DNA of 64,000 bases from Octopus sinensis (Eukaryota), in the NCBI RefSeq assembly GCF_006345805.1, contig NC_043008.1, positions 48,360,001-48,424,000 on the forward strand, given 5' to 3'. A model generated the notes under the pieces. The model ran no database searches. It was given only the letters and a program-made list of their open reading frames with translations, and was not told the origin of the DNA. The number at the start of each line of letters is the position of its first letter. Positions within the stretch are counted from its first letter, which is position 1. A program made the position numbers and the translations under genes. This document shows positions 12,455-23,852 of this stretch, piece after piece.

Positions 12455-13392
12455 TGGCGAAGTTTCGCATGTCGTAGCTCAGATTTCCGTCGATTTCCGT
12501 AAAAAACTTTTATTTTTTACATAAGTAATGAGAGCGAAAGAGACTAAGAGGAAGCAATTTTATGACGAGGGAAGTTTGTCTTTGAAGTTACCGTCTAGGG
12601 GAAGCATTGATGTACATGTGTGTGTGTGTGTTGATGGGGTGTGGAGACAGTATGTTGTGTAAGTGAAGTGCTTCTGTTAGTGTGTGCGAAGAGACAGAGA
12701 GAGTAATGTGTGAAAGAGAGAGATAACTGATTTTTTTACTCGTGTATGTGTATATGTATGTATGCATGTATGTGTGTGTGTGTGTATGTATCTATGTATG
12801 TGTGTGTGTGTATGTATGTATGTATGGCCGATTTATCGTAATTTTTTACTCGGTGTATGTGTATATGTATGTCTGCATGTATGTGTGTGTGTGTATGTAT
12901 CTGTGTATGTGTGTGTGTATGTATGTATGTGTGTATGTATGTATGGTCGATTCAGTGTAATTTTTTACTCGGTGTATGTGTATATGTATGTCTGCATGTA
13001 TGTGTGTGTGTGTGTATATGTATCTATGTGTGTGTGTATGTGTGTGTAAGTATGTGTGTGTGTATGTATGTATGTATGTGGTGTGTGTATTATCTATGTA
13101 TGTGTGTGTGTGTATGTATGTATGTTTGGCCGATTCATCGTAATTTTTTACTCGGTGTATGTGTATATGTATGTCTGTCTCTTCGCACACTAACAGAAGC
13201 ACTTCACTTACACAACATACTGTCTGTCTCCCACACCCCATCAAACACACACAGGCCGACTTCAAAGTGAAACCTTCTCGTCGTAAAATCGCTTCCTCTT
13301 AGTCTCTTTCGCTCTCATTACTTATGTAAAAAAATAAAAGTTTTTTACGGAAATCGACGGAAATCTGTGCTACTACAACCGAAACTATGCCA
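12455..13392. mobile_element. Foldback/MITE with about 220-245 bp terminal inverted arms and an internal tandem array
   Basis: The left arm (about 12455-12697, AGATTTCCGTCGATTTCCGTAAAAAACTTTTATTTTTTACATAAGTAATGAGAGCGAAAGAGACTAAGAGGAAGC...) is the reverse complement of the right arm (about 13174-13392). Confidence 0.9.
12731..13176 (+). repeat. Minisatellite array (4 unit starts) inside the foldback element
   Basis: Units begin TTTTTTACTC(G)GTGTATGTGTATATGTATGT at about 12731, 12842, 12961 and 13144. They end GGCCGATT(T/C)ATCGTAA and have variable (TG)/(TATG) interiors. Confidence 0.85.
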
Positions 13393-15149
13393 TCACTTTT
13401 GCTCGTTCAAGTTGTTGTTTCGACCGAGGTCAGCTCCGATTCTGTACATCTACATTCAAAGGTACCCCCGTCTATGTCTACCTCGTCTCTCTTCTGCAGA
13501 CAACCACGACTGCATTATAAAAATATGTCCCTTTTTTTTTAAGACAGTAGAAAGTAATTTAAGGGAGATTTGGTTGCTATTCCTATCGGGTCGATTAACC
13601 ACTTTGGCTGGAGTCGTCCAGTATGGCTGTGGCCAAGTCACATGGTCAGCTGGACGGTTAATTTGAAGGACAAGCGATCGGCTCTGAATCACAAAGTTGA
13701 TTAAGAGAACAGCTTTAATTGGCAAATGCCAACCGGAAGTGGTCTGCCTCTGCCAACATATGTATGTATCATGCGCACCTAGACGTGTATATATGTATAT
13801 ATACATACACGCACCCATATGCGTATAATGAATGTATAAATACACGAGACAATCCTAGGTAGATGAAGTTGAAAGTAAACCCCTGCTAGGATAGGTCTTA
13901 ACCTACACACATATAGATGCATGCACACACACACACAGCTTTCGCGACAATCCCAACGAGTACCCTCGATGCGAGAGTCGTGCCATGCTGAGACAGAGAC
14001 ACTTCCTCCACATAATGTGGATGTAAAAAGGCCAAGCATGGGTTTATTTTCAACCTCATGTACTTAGGATACAGACGACAGCGAAAGTACCCCCCATGCT
14101 GGGTGGGCCTCCTTAACAGATCGACATTAATAACCCCTACAAAAGGTAATCACGTGGGCGCGAAAATACATTTACGCAATTAAAAAAATTAAAATTAAAA
14201 AAACAGTTTATTTAATAAAAGTGAATAATGTGCGATGATGATGTGGGAGATGAGTAATAGAGTTGCACTGAGATCGATTGTTCTTTTTGGGGTGGGTTGG
14301 GGGGGGGGGGGGTAACATAATCGATAATATATATATCGGCCCATATTGAACAAGATTATTGCTGTTTCGCCCCTATCATTAAACATGTTCCAACCATGGC
14401 CGCCCTGCCTCTGTTTTAGACATATCCCACGTAGGACTACTTCATGTGAAGCATCACCGTAATAATGTAGAGGGTGACTTAGCTGCTATTTCTAACAGGT
14501 CGAGGCTCCCTCGTTGACTCATAAATGAACAGGTAGTGTGGTGGGGGTGGCTAATTATAGATTATTATAACGAGGAACTACCCCGAAACTATACAATCTG
14601 GATATATATTTACCCGTTAGAGTGAGAGGCTTAGAAAGCTAAGAGTGTTCTAGACATTTACATTCCAGGCGGTAACTCTTGTGGTGGGACATTTTATCCG
14701 CAGGGAATGGCACAAGTGGAGAAACAAAAGATCTGGAACAAGCGTGAAGGAGGAAGAGACGGGGGGAAAAAAAACGAAACAAAGAGATTTTTAAATCGAA
14801 CAGAATTAATGATGATGATAACGATGAAGGTGATTGCGTGTGGTCATTATGGAGGTTTCTTGTGATGAAATCCAGTCAGGAATATTCCAAATGCAGTTGT
14901 GATGATGATGATAAAGCTGCTGGCAGCAGTTGCCATGTCTGTGGATGTTGCTGCTGTAATTTAGTGAATGAAACAACACAGGTGACTCAAGTGGAAGTAT
15001 AGCAGCGAGAAAATACTACAACAGCCGCTCCTTCTTTATTTAAATCCGGTGGAAAGATATCATCAGAGATATGATGATAATAATAAACGGAGAGAGAGAG
15101 ACTTTCTGCCATTGTGGTGGAAGAATCATCTCGAAGACGACCAACTTAC

Positions 15150-15287
15150 GTCACTAAAATCGCTTTCACTTGCAACATATTTTGGAAACATTAAAAAAAA
15201 TGGCAGCTGGTGATGAGTGAATGAAATTTCCGCCGAAAATGTTGAAAATCCGTCGCAAAGACGGGGAGCATTCATTGCCAGGTCCAT
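15150..15287 (-). CDS. Candidate second alternative first coding exon (46 aa, MDLAMNAPRL...ESDFSD)
   Basis: Open from ATG at 15287 to GAC|GTAAGT (GT at 15149-15148). 138 nt, phase 0, in-frame TAA upstream. No recognisable homology. Confidence 0.3.
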
Positions 15288-15942
15288 ATATTTCCGACAA
15301 TGTTCTTGGTTGTGGGAAGGAAGTAGGTTAATAGTACTTTAATGTCTGTTGCCAGTGGATGTAGCAGGCAGCGAAATTGAGGAGGAAGCTGAGGGGTTTA
15401 AGTATTATTATTATTATTATTATCATTCGGTTAATTATGATTTCTGCACATGAAGCTGGACAAGAGACGAGAATCTACTGGATTAATGGTGGTGTGATGC
15501 AGGGAACTGGCAAGAATGGTGTGAAATAAAAGAGGAACAGAGCTGACACGCAAATTAGCAAGAGACGACAGGGAATCCAGTTTAAAGCCACGGAAATTTA
15601 GAGACACAATAAATATATATTAACAGCCCTGAACAATCGATGGGGAGTTTGTTTTTAATTCAATCAACGTCTTTCCCCGCAATAAAACATGAATATTATT
15701 TAATAAAACATTAATTATAAGACATCTGTGAAGGTTGCTGCATGTTTTACATAAGGTCTGAACGAACAGAAATATCGACATCAACAGCAGGAAAGGAAAA
15801 CACGGCAGCAGAAATAGTTTCATTTAGAAAATAGTGAAATATCAGAAAATATCGTGTTTTGTGTGTGTGATGGTGTGTGATGGTGTCGGGTGGAAAGACG
15901 TGAGAGGGTATTTGTGAATGAGTGGAGACGATGGATACATAC

Positions 15943-15960
15943 CTTCTTGAACCAGGCCAT
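15943..15960 (-). CDS. Candidate alternative first coding micro-exon (MAWFKK) of the Ack-like gene
   Basis: Minus strand reads GCC-ATG-GCC-TGG-TTC-AAG-AAG|GTATGT: optimal Kozak, strong donor, phase 0 like the SAM exon. There is an in-frame TGA upstream, and the exon lies downstream of a GC/CpG-rich promoter-like tract. Confidence 0.5.
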
Positions 15961-17444
15961 GGCATGTAATGGGCAAAACAACCCGAGCCGCCGTCGTCGT
16001 CGTCACAGTAATATTTCCCGGTAATATTCCTTCCAGTGGAGAGGATGGAGTTTAAAAAACAAGAAACGAACCGAATGGGACGTTCAGAGTATTTTGTGAG
16101 GAGATAAAAGACTGGCCATGACAGCAGCGAGGAGGGTCAGATGAAAGGTAGACGGATGAAGGGGGGGAGAACAGGAGCGTGGCTTCCTTCCACAGGTCGC
16201 CTCGGTTGTTGTGTGTGTGTGTGTGTGTCAATTAAGTGGAGAGGAGGCCTGATGGAGTTGGTGAACCAGCAGCAGCAACAACAACAACAACAACACGCTG
16301 TTGTTTACAGTGTCTAGTTGGAAATATGACTGCTGCTGCTGCTGCTAATAATGCGGCAGGGTCGGCGGCGGCGGCGAGGACTGATGGCAGCAGATGCGCG
16401 GTGGTGGTGGTGGTGCGGGGGGGGGGTCGTTACAACAAGTAGGGAGTGAGAGAGAGAGAGAGAGATGCAAGCGGGAAGACGGCGGGAAGAAGGAAGAAAT
16501 CGACAGGAAAGAAGAAGGAATGAAAAATAATAAACTTGTAGACAGAAAGAAAAAAAGGACTGAAAGAGCTTCGACTAACTTACTTAACAGACACATACAT
16601 ACACACACACACACATATATATGTATATATGAAGTTGAAGAAATAAGTTGAGAAAAAAAAAAGCTTGCTATCCCAGTGAAAGTTGGGGGGGGAGGGGCAG
16701 ATAATTTAGCAACATCAATGTGGAGAAAGAAGAGATATAAATATATGCTGGAGATGGTATCTGTTATGGGAGCAAAATAAATGTAAGGAATTGGTGGAGG
16801 AGGAGGAGGGGACATAGATTTCTCTGCCTCTTCAAAGTGTGCAACGAGCAACGGGGATTGTTGAATGAAGAAAATCTTCGAAAAGCGAAGACTGCGTGAA
16901 GTTGATAAGGACAGTTGTGTCAGGCTAATAATAGTTTATACTAAATATTAAAAGATAGTTCTTTGCCAAATAATCTAAAACATTAACTAAATCACGTGCA
17001 ACCTTTTTTTTTTTTTTTTTTCCTTACACAAAACAGCTCACAAGGAAATGTTGCGGGGTGGGAAATGTTTCATATGCTGTTAAGAGTAACAAACTGGGGT
17101 ACTTGCTGTCTATGGGAATGTGTCTGCATACACACACACACGTATGTGCAAAGCGAATGCTCAAAAATATGAAACGGGTAGCAATTAGAAAGACCATTCA
17201 TTGTTCTGTTGTAGTTGACAGGAAATGAACTACTTTGGAATATATTTTGAAAAGAAGTGTTCTTTATATTTCCATTGAAGACGAGTAAAATGTAAAGAAC
17301 CATCAATAGGGAACACCTCACGTCTGGGAGTAAATGGTAGGAGGGAGATGAACGAATAACATTTATTAAATGTGCCATTCCTTAAATAGGATGACATCAG
17401 AGATCTGATGGTGCAGTTCTTTACATTGAAATTTATAGCAATAA

Positions 17445-17727
17445 ATCATCATCGTTTAACGTCTGCTTTCCATGCTAGCATGGGTTGGACGATTTTTACT
17501 GAGGGCTGGCGAACCAGATGGCTGCACCAGGCTCCAATCTTGATCTGGCAGAGTTTCTACAGCTGGATGCCCTTCCTAACGCCAACCACTCCCAAAGTGT
17601 AGTGAGTGCTTTTTACGTGCCACCGGCACATGAGCCAATCAGGCGGTACTGGCAATGACCTCGCTCAAATCTTTTTACACGTGCCACCAGCACAGGTGCC
17701 AGTGAAACGACGTTGGTAACGATCACA
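17445..17727 (-). mobile_element. Family C element, well preserved
   Basis: Near-identical to 36650-36935. (CAT)n tail on + and GATGCCCTTCCTAACGCCAACCACT motif. Confidence 0.75.
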
Positions 17728-18324
17728 TTCCTAAAATATTTGTTGGCCACTAAATTGGGGGGGGGATATCAATCAAGAGCAGCAACAGGAATAAAGTTTG
17801 GTTGAGGAATAAGGGACACAGTGAGCCACCAAGTTATTATAAACTCAGAAAGGCCTCTTTTAATGGAATCAAAGAACACGAAAACTAAAAGATAAAAAAA
17901 TACCAACTAATAAACAAGAGACGTGGAATTGCAGCAACAGTCTATAAAAGAGAATTACCAGGAAACGACATTGGATTTATAAACAAAGACCTATTTTCTA
18001 GAAGAGAGGCATTCATGCCTTTTCAAGAACAATAGGGCCATAAACTGATTTGCATCAACCAGAAACTAAATGGCTTACTAGGAGCTATTTCACTTGGATG
18101 AGAATGTCATGGTTGTCACCACATCCTACCTGTCTTCTAAAGCTTTGAGACTTTACGTAAAATACCAACATGATCATATTTATAATAATACACCAGAACA
18201 GAAGTAAAGCTTCTTTCTTCTCGTTTTTTGTTTGTTTGTTTGTTTCACACCTCAGCGAAATAAAAAGCTGCAATGTTTAGGAAATGAAAATAACAGAAGA
18301 CACTAGAGATGATCAGCATTAGCA

Positions 18325-18840
18325 ATTATAATAATAATGATTTCTAATTTTGGCACAAGGCCAGCAATTTGGGGACGATGGAATAAGTGATCAACTGGTG
18401 ACTTATTTTATCAACCTTACCCCCAAAGGAGGGAAGGCAAAGTCAACCTCAGCAGAATTTGAACTCAGAACATAAGGATGACTGAAAAGCTGCTAAGCAT
18501 CATTTTACCTGGTGTGCTAATGAGTCTGTCAGCTTGCCATCGGACAAATAAGAACTATTTCTAATACAGGCACAAGGCCAACAATTTTAAGCAGGGGAGG
18601 TCGGCAGGAGTGTAGCTAGGGTAAATGGCGCCCAGGGCAAACAGCAAAATTGCATCCTTAAACTTGCATAGAAATGTCTTAATTAGAAATTGGTCTTTGC
18701 CACAATTGCACCTCCTCAAAGTGGTGCCCAGGGCATGTGCCTGCTTGCCCTACCCTAGCTACGCCTCTGGAGGTCAGTAGATTGCAGCAACCTGGTATTT
18801 GTTTATTGGCCCTGAAATGATGAAAGGCAAAAACCAAACT
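18325..18840 (-). mobile_element. Two tandem SINE family A copies (second interrupted by a hAT MITE)
   Basis: GGCAAAGTCAACCTCAGCAGAATTTGAACTCAGAA and CACAAGGCC tail motifs, with (AAT)n tails. Confidence 0.7.
18605..18769. mobile_element. hAT-type MITE
   Basis: TIRs CAGGAGTGTAGCTAGGGTA / TACCCTAGCTACGCCTCTG. 8-bp TSD GAGGTCGG (18597-18604) / GAGGTCAG (18770-18777). Confidence 0.8.
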
Positions 18841-18844
18841 TGAC

Positions 18845-19060
18845 AATATTTGGATCTTTTCTTGACTTGCAAGTTACTTGGCAATCTCACCAATGCCAAT
18901 GGCACAAGAAAACAACCCAGAACACACTGCAAAGCAGTTGGCATAAGGAAGGGCCATCCAGACACTGCAGCTCGATACGGTCTTGTGGCTCATCGGATCC
19001 TGTCAAACCATCCAACCCATGCCAGCATGGAAAACAAACATTGGATCATGATGATGATGT
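18845..19060 (+). mobile_element. Family C element
   Basis: GTTGGCATAAGGAAGGGCCATCCAG...CCAACCCATGCCAGCATGGAAAA...(GAT)n. Confidence 0.7.
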
Positions 19061-19084
19061 TTAGAATTATGGCATCTCACCACA

Positions 19085-19550
19085 ATAATAATAATAATCC
19101 TTTCTACTTTAGGCACAAGGCCTGAAATTTAGAGGAGAAAGGCACTAGTTGATTACACTGCCCCTAGTACTCAACTGGTACTTATTTTACGAAGCCTGAA
19201 AGGATGAAAAACAAAGTCAACCCCAGCAGAATTTGAACTCAGAATGGAAAGCCAGATGACATGTTGCTAAGCACTTTGTCCAGCTAACGATTCTACCAGT
19301 TCACCATTTTTTAATAATGGTCTCAAAGCCAGTAATTTTCAGGGAAGTGAATTGATTACACTGACCACAGAGTTTAACTGATGTATATTCTATTGACCTC
19401 AAAAGAATGAAAGGTGAAGTTGACCTTGGTGGAATTTGAACTCAGGTGCCCCAGCATGACCACGACCTAAAACATTTTTAAGGATTTAAGAAGAAATAGC
19501 ACATAGCATTTTTTCCCAATTCTCTAATAATTCGACTGACTCACTGCCCT
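19085..19550 (-). mobile_element. Two SINE family A copies
   Basis: Family A motifs on the minus strand with (AAT)n spacers. Confidence 0.7.
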
Positions 19551-19566
19551 TATGATTATTATTATT

Positions 19567-20010
19567 AAGCTGGCAGAATTGTTGGCAGAATGCTTAGTGG
19601 CATTTCATCCATCTTTACACTCCAAGTTCAAATTCTGCTGAGGTCGACTTTGCGTTTCATCCCTTCTGGGTTGATGAAATAAATACCAGTAGAATACTGG
19701 GGTCATTGTAATCAACTCACCCCATTCCCCAAGATTACATACCTTGTACCTATATCAGTAGGGATTATTATTATTATTATTATTAAGGTGGTGAGTTGGC
19801 TGAATCATTAGCAGGCCAGGCAAAATGCTCAGCGGCATTTCGTTCATCTTTCACATTCAGAGTTCAAACTCCATCGAGGTTGGCTTTGCCTTTCATCCTT
19901 TCAGAGTCCATAAAATTAGAACCAGTTGTGTACTGGGGTCAATGTAATCGATTTGCCCCCTCGACCAAAATTGCTGGCCTTGTGCCAAATTTGAAATCAG
20001 CATCATTATT
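19567..20010 (+). mobile_element. Two SINE family A copies in opposite orientation
   Basis: AAGCTGGCAGAATTGTT... and GGTGAGTTGGCTGAATCATTAG...GCCTTTCATCCTTT, with (ATT)n tails. Confidence 0.75.
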
Positions 20011-21599
20011 ATTATTAGTAGTAGTAGTAGTATACACATTAAATAAAAAAAAAGTATGAGGGAGGTGAGTTCTGACATCTGGTGGGGGGTGGATCTTCTT
20101 TGAAGAAATGACAGGTTTGTTGGAAAAGTGCAAGTGAAGTTGAAGAATACAAGACTAGTGATGAGCTGTGACCTTACTCTGTTGTCTGTCAAAGATATCG
20201 AAATAAACAAAATGCCAGTGGTACTAACCATTGTCAGAAGACAGTGCCTAAGATTTGAATTTTAAGTCCCTTTTACATACGGCCATGAAATGTAAAGGTT
20301 CTGTCTCTAGATCTTTCCATTCTGTTAGTGATGGGGTTGCCCTATCACTGTCACCTCATCTCGCACACAATTCTTCCCACAAAAAACTGGATTTTTGATA
20401 GATTTAGAATTTCTTGCCACCATTTACAAGATATCAGTTAAAGGCAGGTTTTTACCGATTTACTCTGTTATTTGATGCTCTGTGGAATATAACAGAGAGC
20501 AAATTAGTATTTATGATTCTATCAAACATTCAAGCTCTTTAGTATGAGTCTCATCCCATCCAATTTGCTTAATATTTTCCTAACTACCCCCCACCCCATT
20601 ATTATTCGAGTCCTTTTACCAACCTCTCCATTCTATTTAATCAAACTACAATCCACTCTCCAGTTTTCCTTGCATTGCTGCACTAGATTCATCAATGTTA
20701 TTGATCCAAGCCATCACAGACCTTACGTAACACAACTCGTAATATATTACATTACACTACTAAATGTTATTATGCTTTAAATGGGATTTTTCAACTAAAT
20801 TTTTTTCCCCCACAGCAGTCTCAATATATATCTTAAATATTTTGATTTGATTTTAGAATTTTTAGAAATTTATTTTCATGTTAGTAATATCACGACCAAT
20901 GTATTGGTATCATAAAAGAGATAATACTGCAACACCTCATTTAAAAACAGTCCACTGAGCATGGATTGATGATTTAGTAATATTATATTATATCATAGAG
21001 GGAAAAAATAGTTTGTTTTAGATAGAGAACAATAGAAGAGAGATGCCAGTAGAAGGAAATGAATTTGAATAAAGACCATAATTGTACTAAATAATATAAT
21101 CTTGTAAGTCTTTAGCTATTTTATAGGAATAAAATACCAATAACTGTGAAAGCTACAATAAAACATGAATTTTAGACACCAAGGATAGAGAAAGCATGTG
21201 ATTCTAGATTAAATCCCACTACACAGAATTTGGGGCAAGTTTCTGCTGCCATTGTTTTAGGTTAACCAATATCTTGTAAATGGAATTGAGTAGATGGAAA
21301 CTGTCTAAAATCCTATCATATGGACTGTAGCTTTAGACTTCATGTGTCACCCCAAGTTCCACCTCCACACCTTTGATTACTTTTGAAGAGTCCACTGTTT
21401 CACCAACATTGAGACCAGGTATCTGGTTTGAAGATACAGCACTTCCTCCAACTGCAACCATCAGAAATGGGAGTGACTGCCACTCTCAGAGGCTCTAAAA
21501 CAACAACAACAACAGAACTGTTCTTCTTCTTCTTCTACTTCTTCTAACGAAGCGATGAAAACAAAATAGTCAAAGAATTAGAATGGAAATGCACAAAAG

Positions 21600-21990
21600 A
21601 TAGAATCTTAACTAAGATATGAGGACAGCAAAACTCTGTGGACAAGATTTCAGTCAAGCAATTGTATTTTGCAATCAATTCCATCTTGGAGAAAGGCATA
21701 AAAAATAACTACCAAATATTTAGAGAACAGTAGAATATTTTTACAGCAGTTTGACATCCTCCTCCATCTCACAACCATCAAAATGGAATTACTAGGGTAT
21801 GTTAAATCTATTCTGCCTTTTCTGATGTTTGGTGTCTGTTACCAATGCTGAAGACACAATGAAGAAAGAAACTCAACACTACCCCAACCAAAATTTGGAC
21901 CACATATAAATTGATGATCCCCATTACATCAGCAATGACCATAAACAGAAGAAGCTTTCTTAAAAACTGTCATAATTTCAAACGGAATTA
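21600..21990 (+). mobile_element. Possible highly decayed Penelope-like RT fragment
   Basis: Fragmentary TIKME..., LPFL..., RKET.. peptides resemble the PLE RT thumb region (FTME..LPFLDV..YRKPTHT). Many stops. Confidence 0.3.
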
Positions 21991-23852
21991 AAATTTTCAA
22001 AGAAACATAATTAAAATTCTATTTTATACTCATTTAATTTCAGGTTCAAAGGAGGCCTGTGAAGAAAGATGCCCCAGTTATGACTGGAGTATCATTTTAC
22101 AAGCATGTGTGAGAGAGTGTGGTTTACAGGAATTTAGCTACTATTTCTAGCTGACCAACCAAATACACAGAGACTCTCTCACTGACTCACTGATGGATGC
22201 AAAAATATATTCATGTTGTCAACGCAAGTTTTTTATCATTAGCAGAAAAACAAGACAACAAAAGGGTAAACATAAGGCATGGATTCTTTGATTTGGGATT
22301 GAAATTCAAATTATTTAAATGCCTTCATTTCATAGTTAAATAAAAAAAATTTTTTTAATAAAAAACTTTCTTAAAAATCCAAGCCTTCAAAATTAACAAA
22401 AAGGAAGTTAAAATATTTGTAACAGAAAGTGGCTCGTATTTTTCTGTTATGAAATCATGTGTATGTATGTGAGGGAGAAGGTCTGTATGTTGGAGAGTGT
22501 GTACTTGTGTAAGGAAGGGTGTGTGTTTAATTATAATTGTGTTAAGTGTGTCGTTAGAAGCAACAGGAAAAAGAATTTGCCTTCACAACATTTCATACAG
22601 AGTGAGTTTTGTATGTAATGTTAACGACCTATACAACGACATCCCAGTTGATTGGCATGAATATTATTTGATGAATATATGGTTCATTTAAAGGGACTGG
22701 AGGTCCAGCAATAATTTCAGCCAAGGAAAATGTGATTCTGAGGGAGTAAACTTTATTTCAGGAAAATATTATAAGTTATTAAGAAGTTTTAAAATACAGC
22801 TGCAATGATTTTAGTAACATTATCTTCAAGCTTTAAATGCAAAGGAGAACAAACTTATATCTTTGGTAGGTACAAACTTTTAGCACAAAATACCACCTTC
22901 TATTACAATCATCTCTTATGATTTTCCTTTACAAATCGAGCATGCAATAGAAATGAACTTCTAAGTGTTGGTAAATTAATGTTAAATTAATGTTACAATG
23001 AGTAAATTCTAAATAAAGAAACAGATGTGTTTCAAAGTAAATTAACTACACAGAGATTTTATTGAACAGCATATTGCAGAGAACAAATTTGTATAATAAA
23101 ATTGTGAATGGAAATGAGAGTAGCCATAAGTGAAGAACTCTCAGAAAGGGTGCTCGTTATGCATGGAAACTATTTTTGTGTTCATTACTTATGTTCATAT
23201 GTGTGGACACTGTATTAAGTACAAGGAGTCTTAAAGCACTGATTGTATTTCATGATTTAGTGACATAACTCAAGTACTTATATGTATATCACTGCCTTTA
23301 CAACATGAACCACCGTCTCGTTAGTTGTCTAATACTTAGCTACACTACTTATTGGAAAATAAAAGTAAAATGGCCGAGAGAGAAAAGTGAGACGAAGAAC
23401 AGTTAGTAAGTATGTTTACATGGAAGGAAAAACTAGAAATGGTGTTGTTAGCATAAATCTTGGGAAAAGATCAATTCTCCATTGAAACCAATTACAGAAA
23501 GGAAATAGTGAATATTTCACAGCCAAAAGGAGAAAGTCACCCCTTCAAGAACCAACACTGGATCTCTGTCCCCCAACCCTCTGCTATTCCTTTTCCAACT
23601 ACATTTTTACCCACAGATACCAAGCCATATGCAACAGACAACCTGCACACATCACAAGAATAGACAGCCATGACCATCTTCTCTGAATATCATGTAAAAC
23701 ATTTATTTCTAAGTCAATATCAAGTTGGAACAAGGGTTCTGTAGGTCAGTATGTGATATCAGTGGAATGTGAAGAGAGGCTGAACAGCAAAGGAGAACAG
23801 GAAGGTATCGTCAGTGAAAGAAAAAGAAAAAGCAGAGAGATGAGTGCTTCTA

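Larger units (their letters stand above)
13600..16900 (-). promoter_or_regulatory. CpG-rich internal promoter / 5'UTR-like domain
   Basis: CpG density is visibly much higher than in the rest of the window, with (GCG)n, (CGT)n and (CTG)n runs and GA/CT tracts at 16330-16600. Motifs: ETS-type CCGGAAGT at 13733-13740, E-box CACGTG at 14151-14156, E2F-like GGCGCGAAA at about 14157-14165. Confidence 0.55.

Noticed and set aside
12731-13176. Repeat-spacer-like array resembling CRISPR
   Set aside because: The interiors are TG/TATG microsatellite variants of one unit rather than unique spacers. There are no cas genes and the context is eukaryotic.
12742-13270. ORFs rich in VCVCMY / HTHTY
   Set aside because: These are translations of microsatellite. 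The same applies to ORFs at 34380, 35401, 39172, 46492-46882, 49767 and 50170.
16236-16851. Low-complexity ORFs on both strands (poly-A/T/G/P)
   Set aside because: They derive from trinucleotide and GA repeats typical of a promoter/5'UTR. No domain similarity or splice support.
20220-20800. Possible Penelope GIY-YIG remnants (also about 23100-23300 and 27200-27530)
   Set aside because: Only vague peptide resemblance among many stops; cannot be supported without a profile search.
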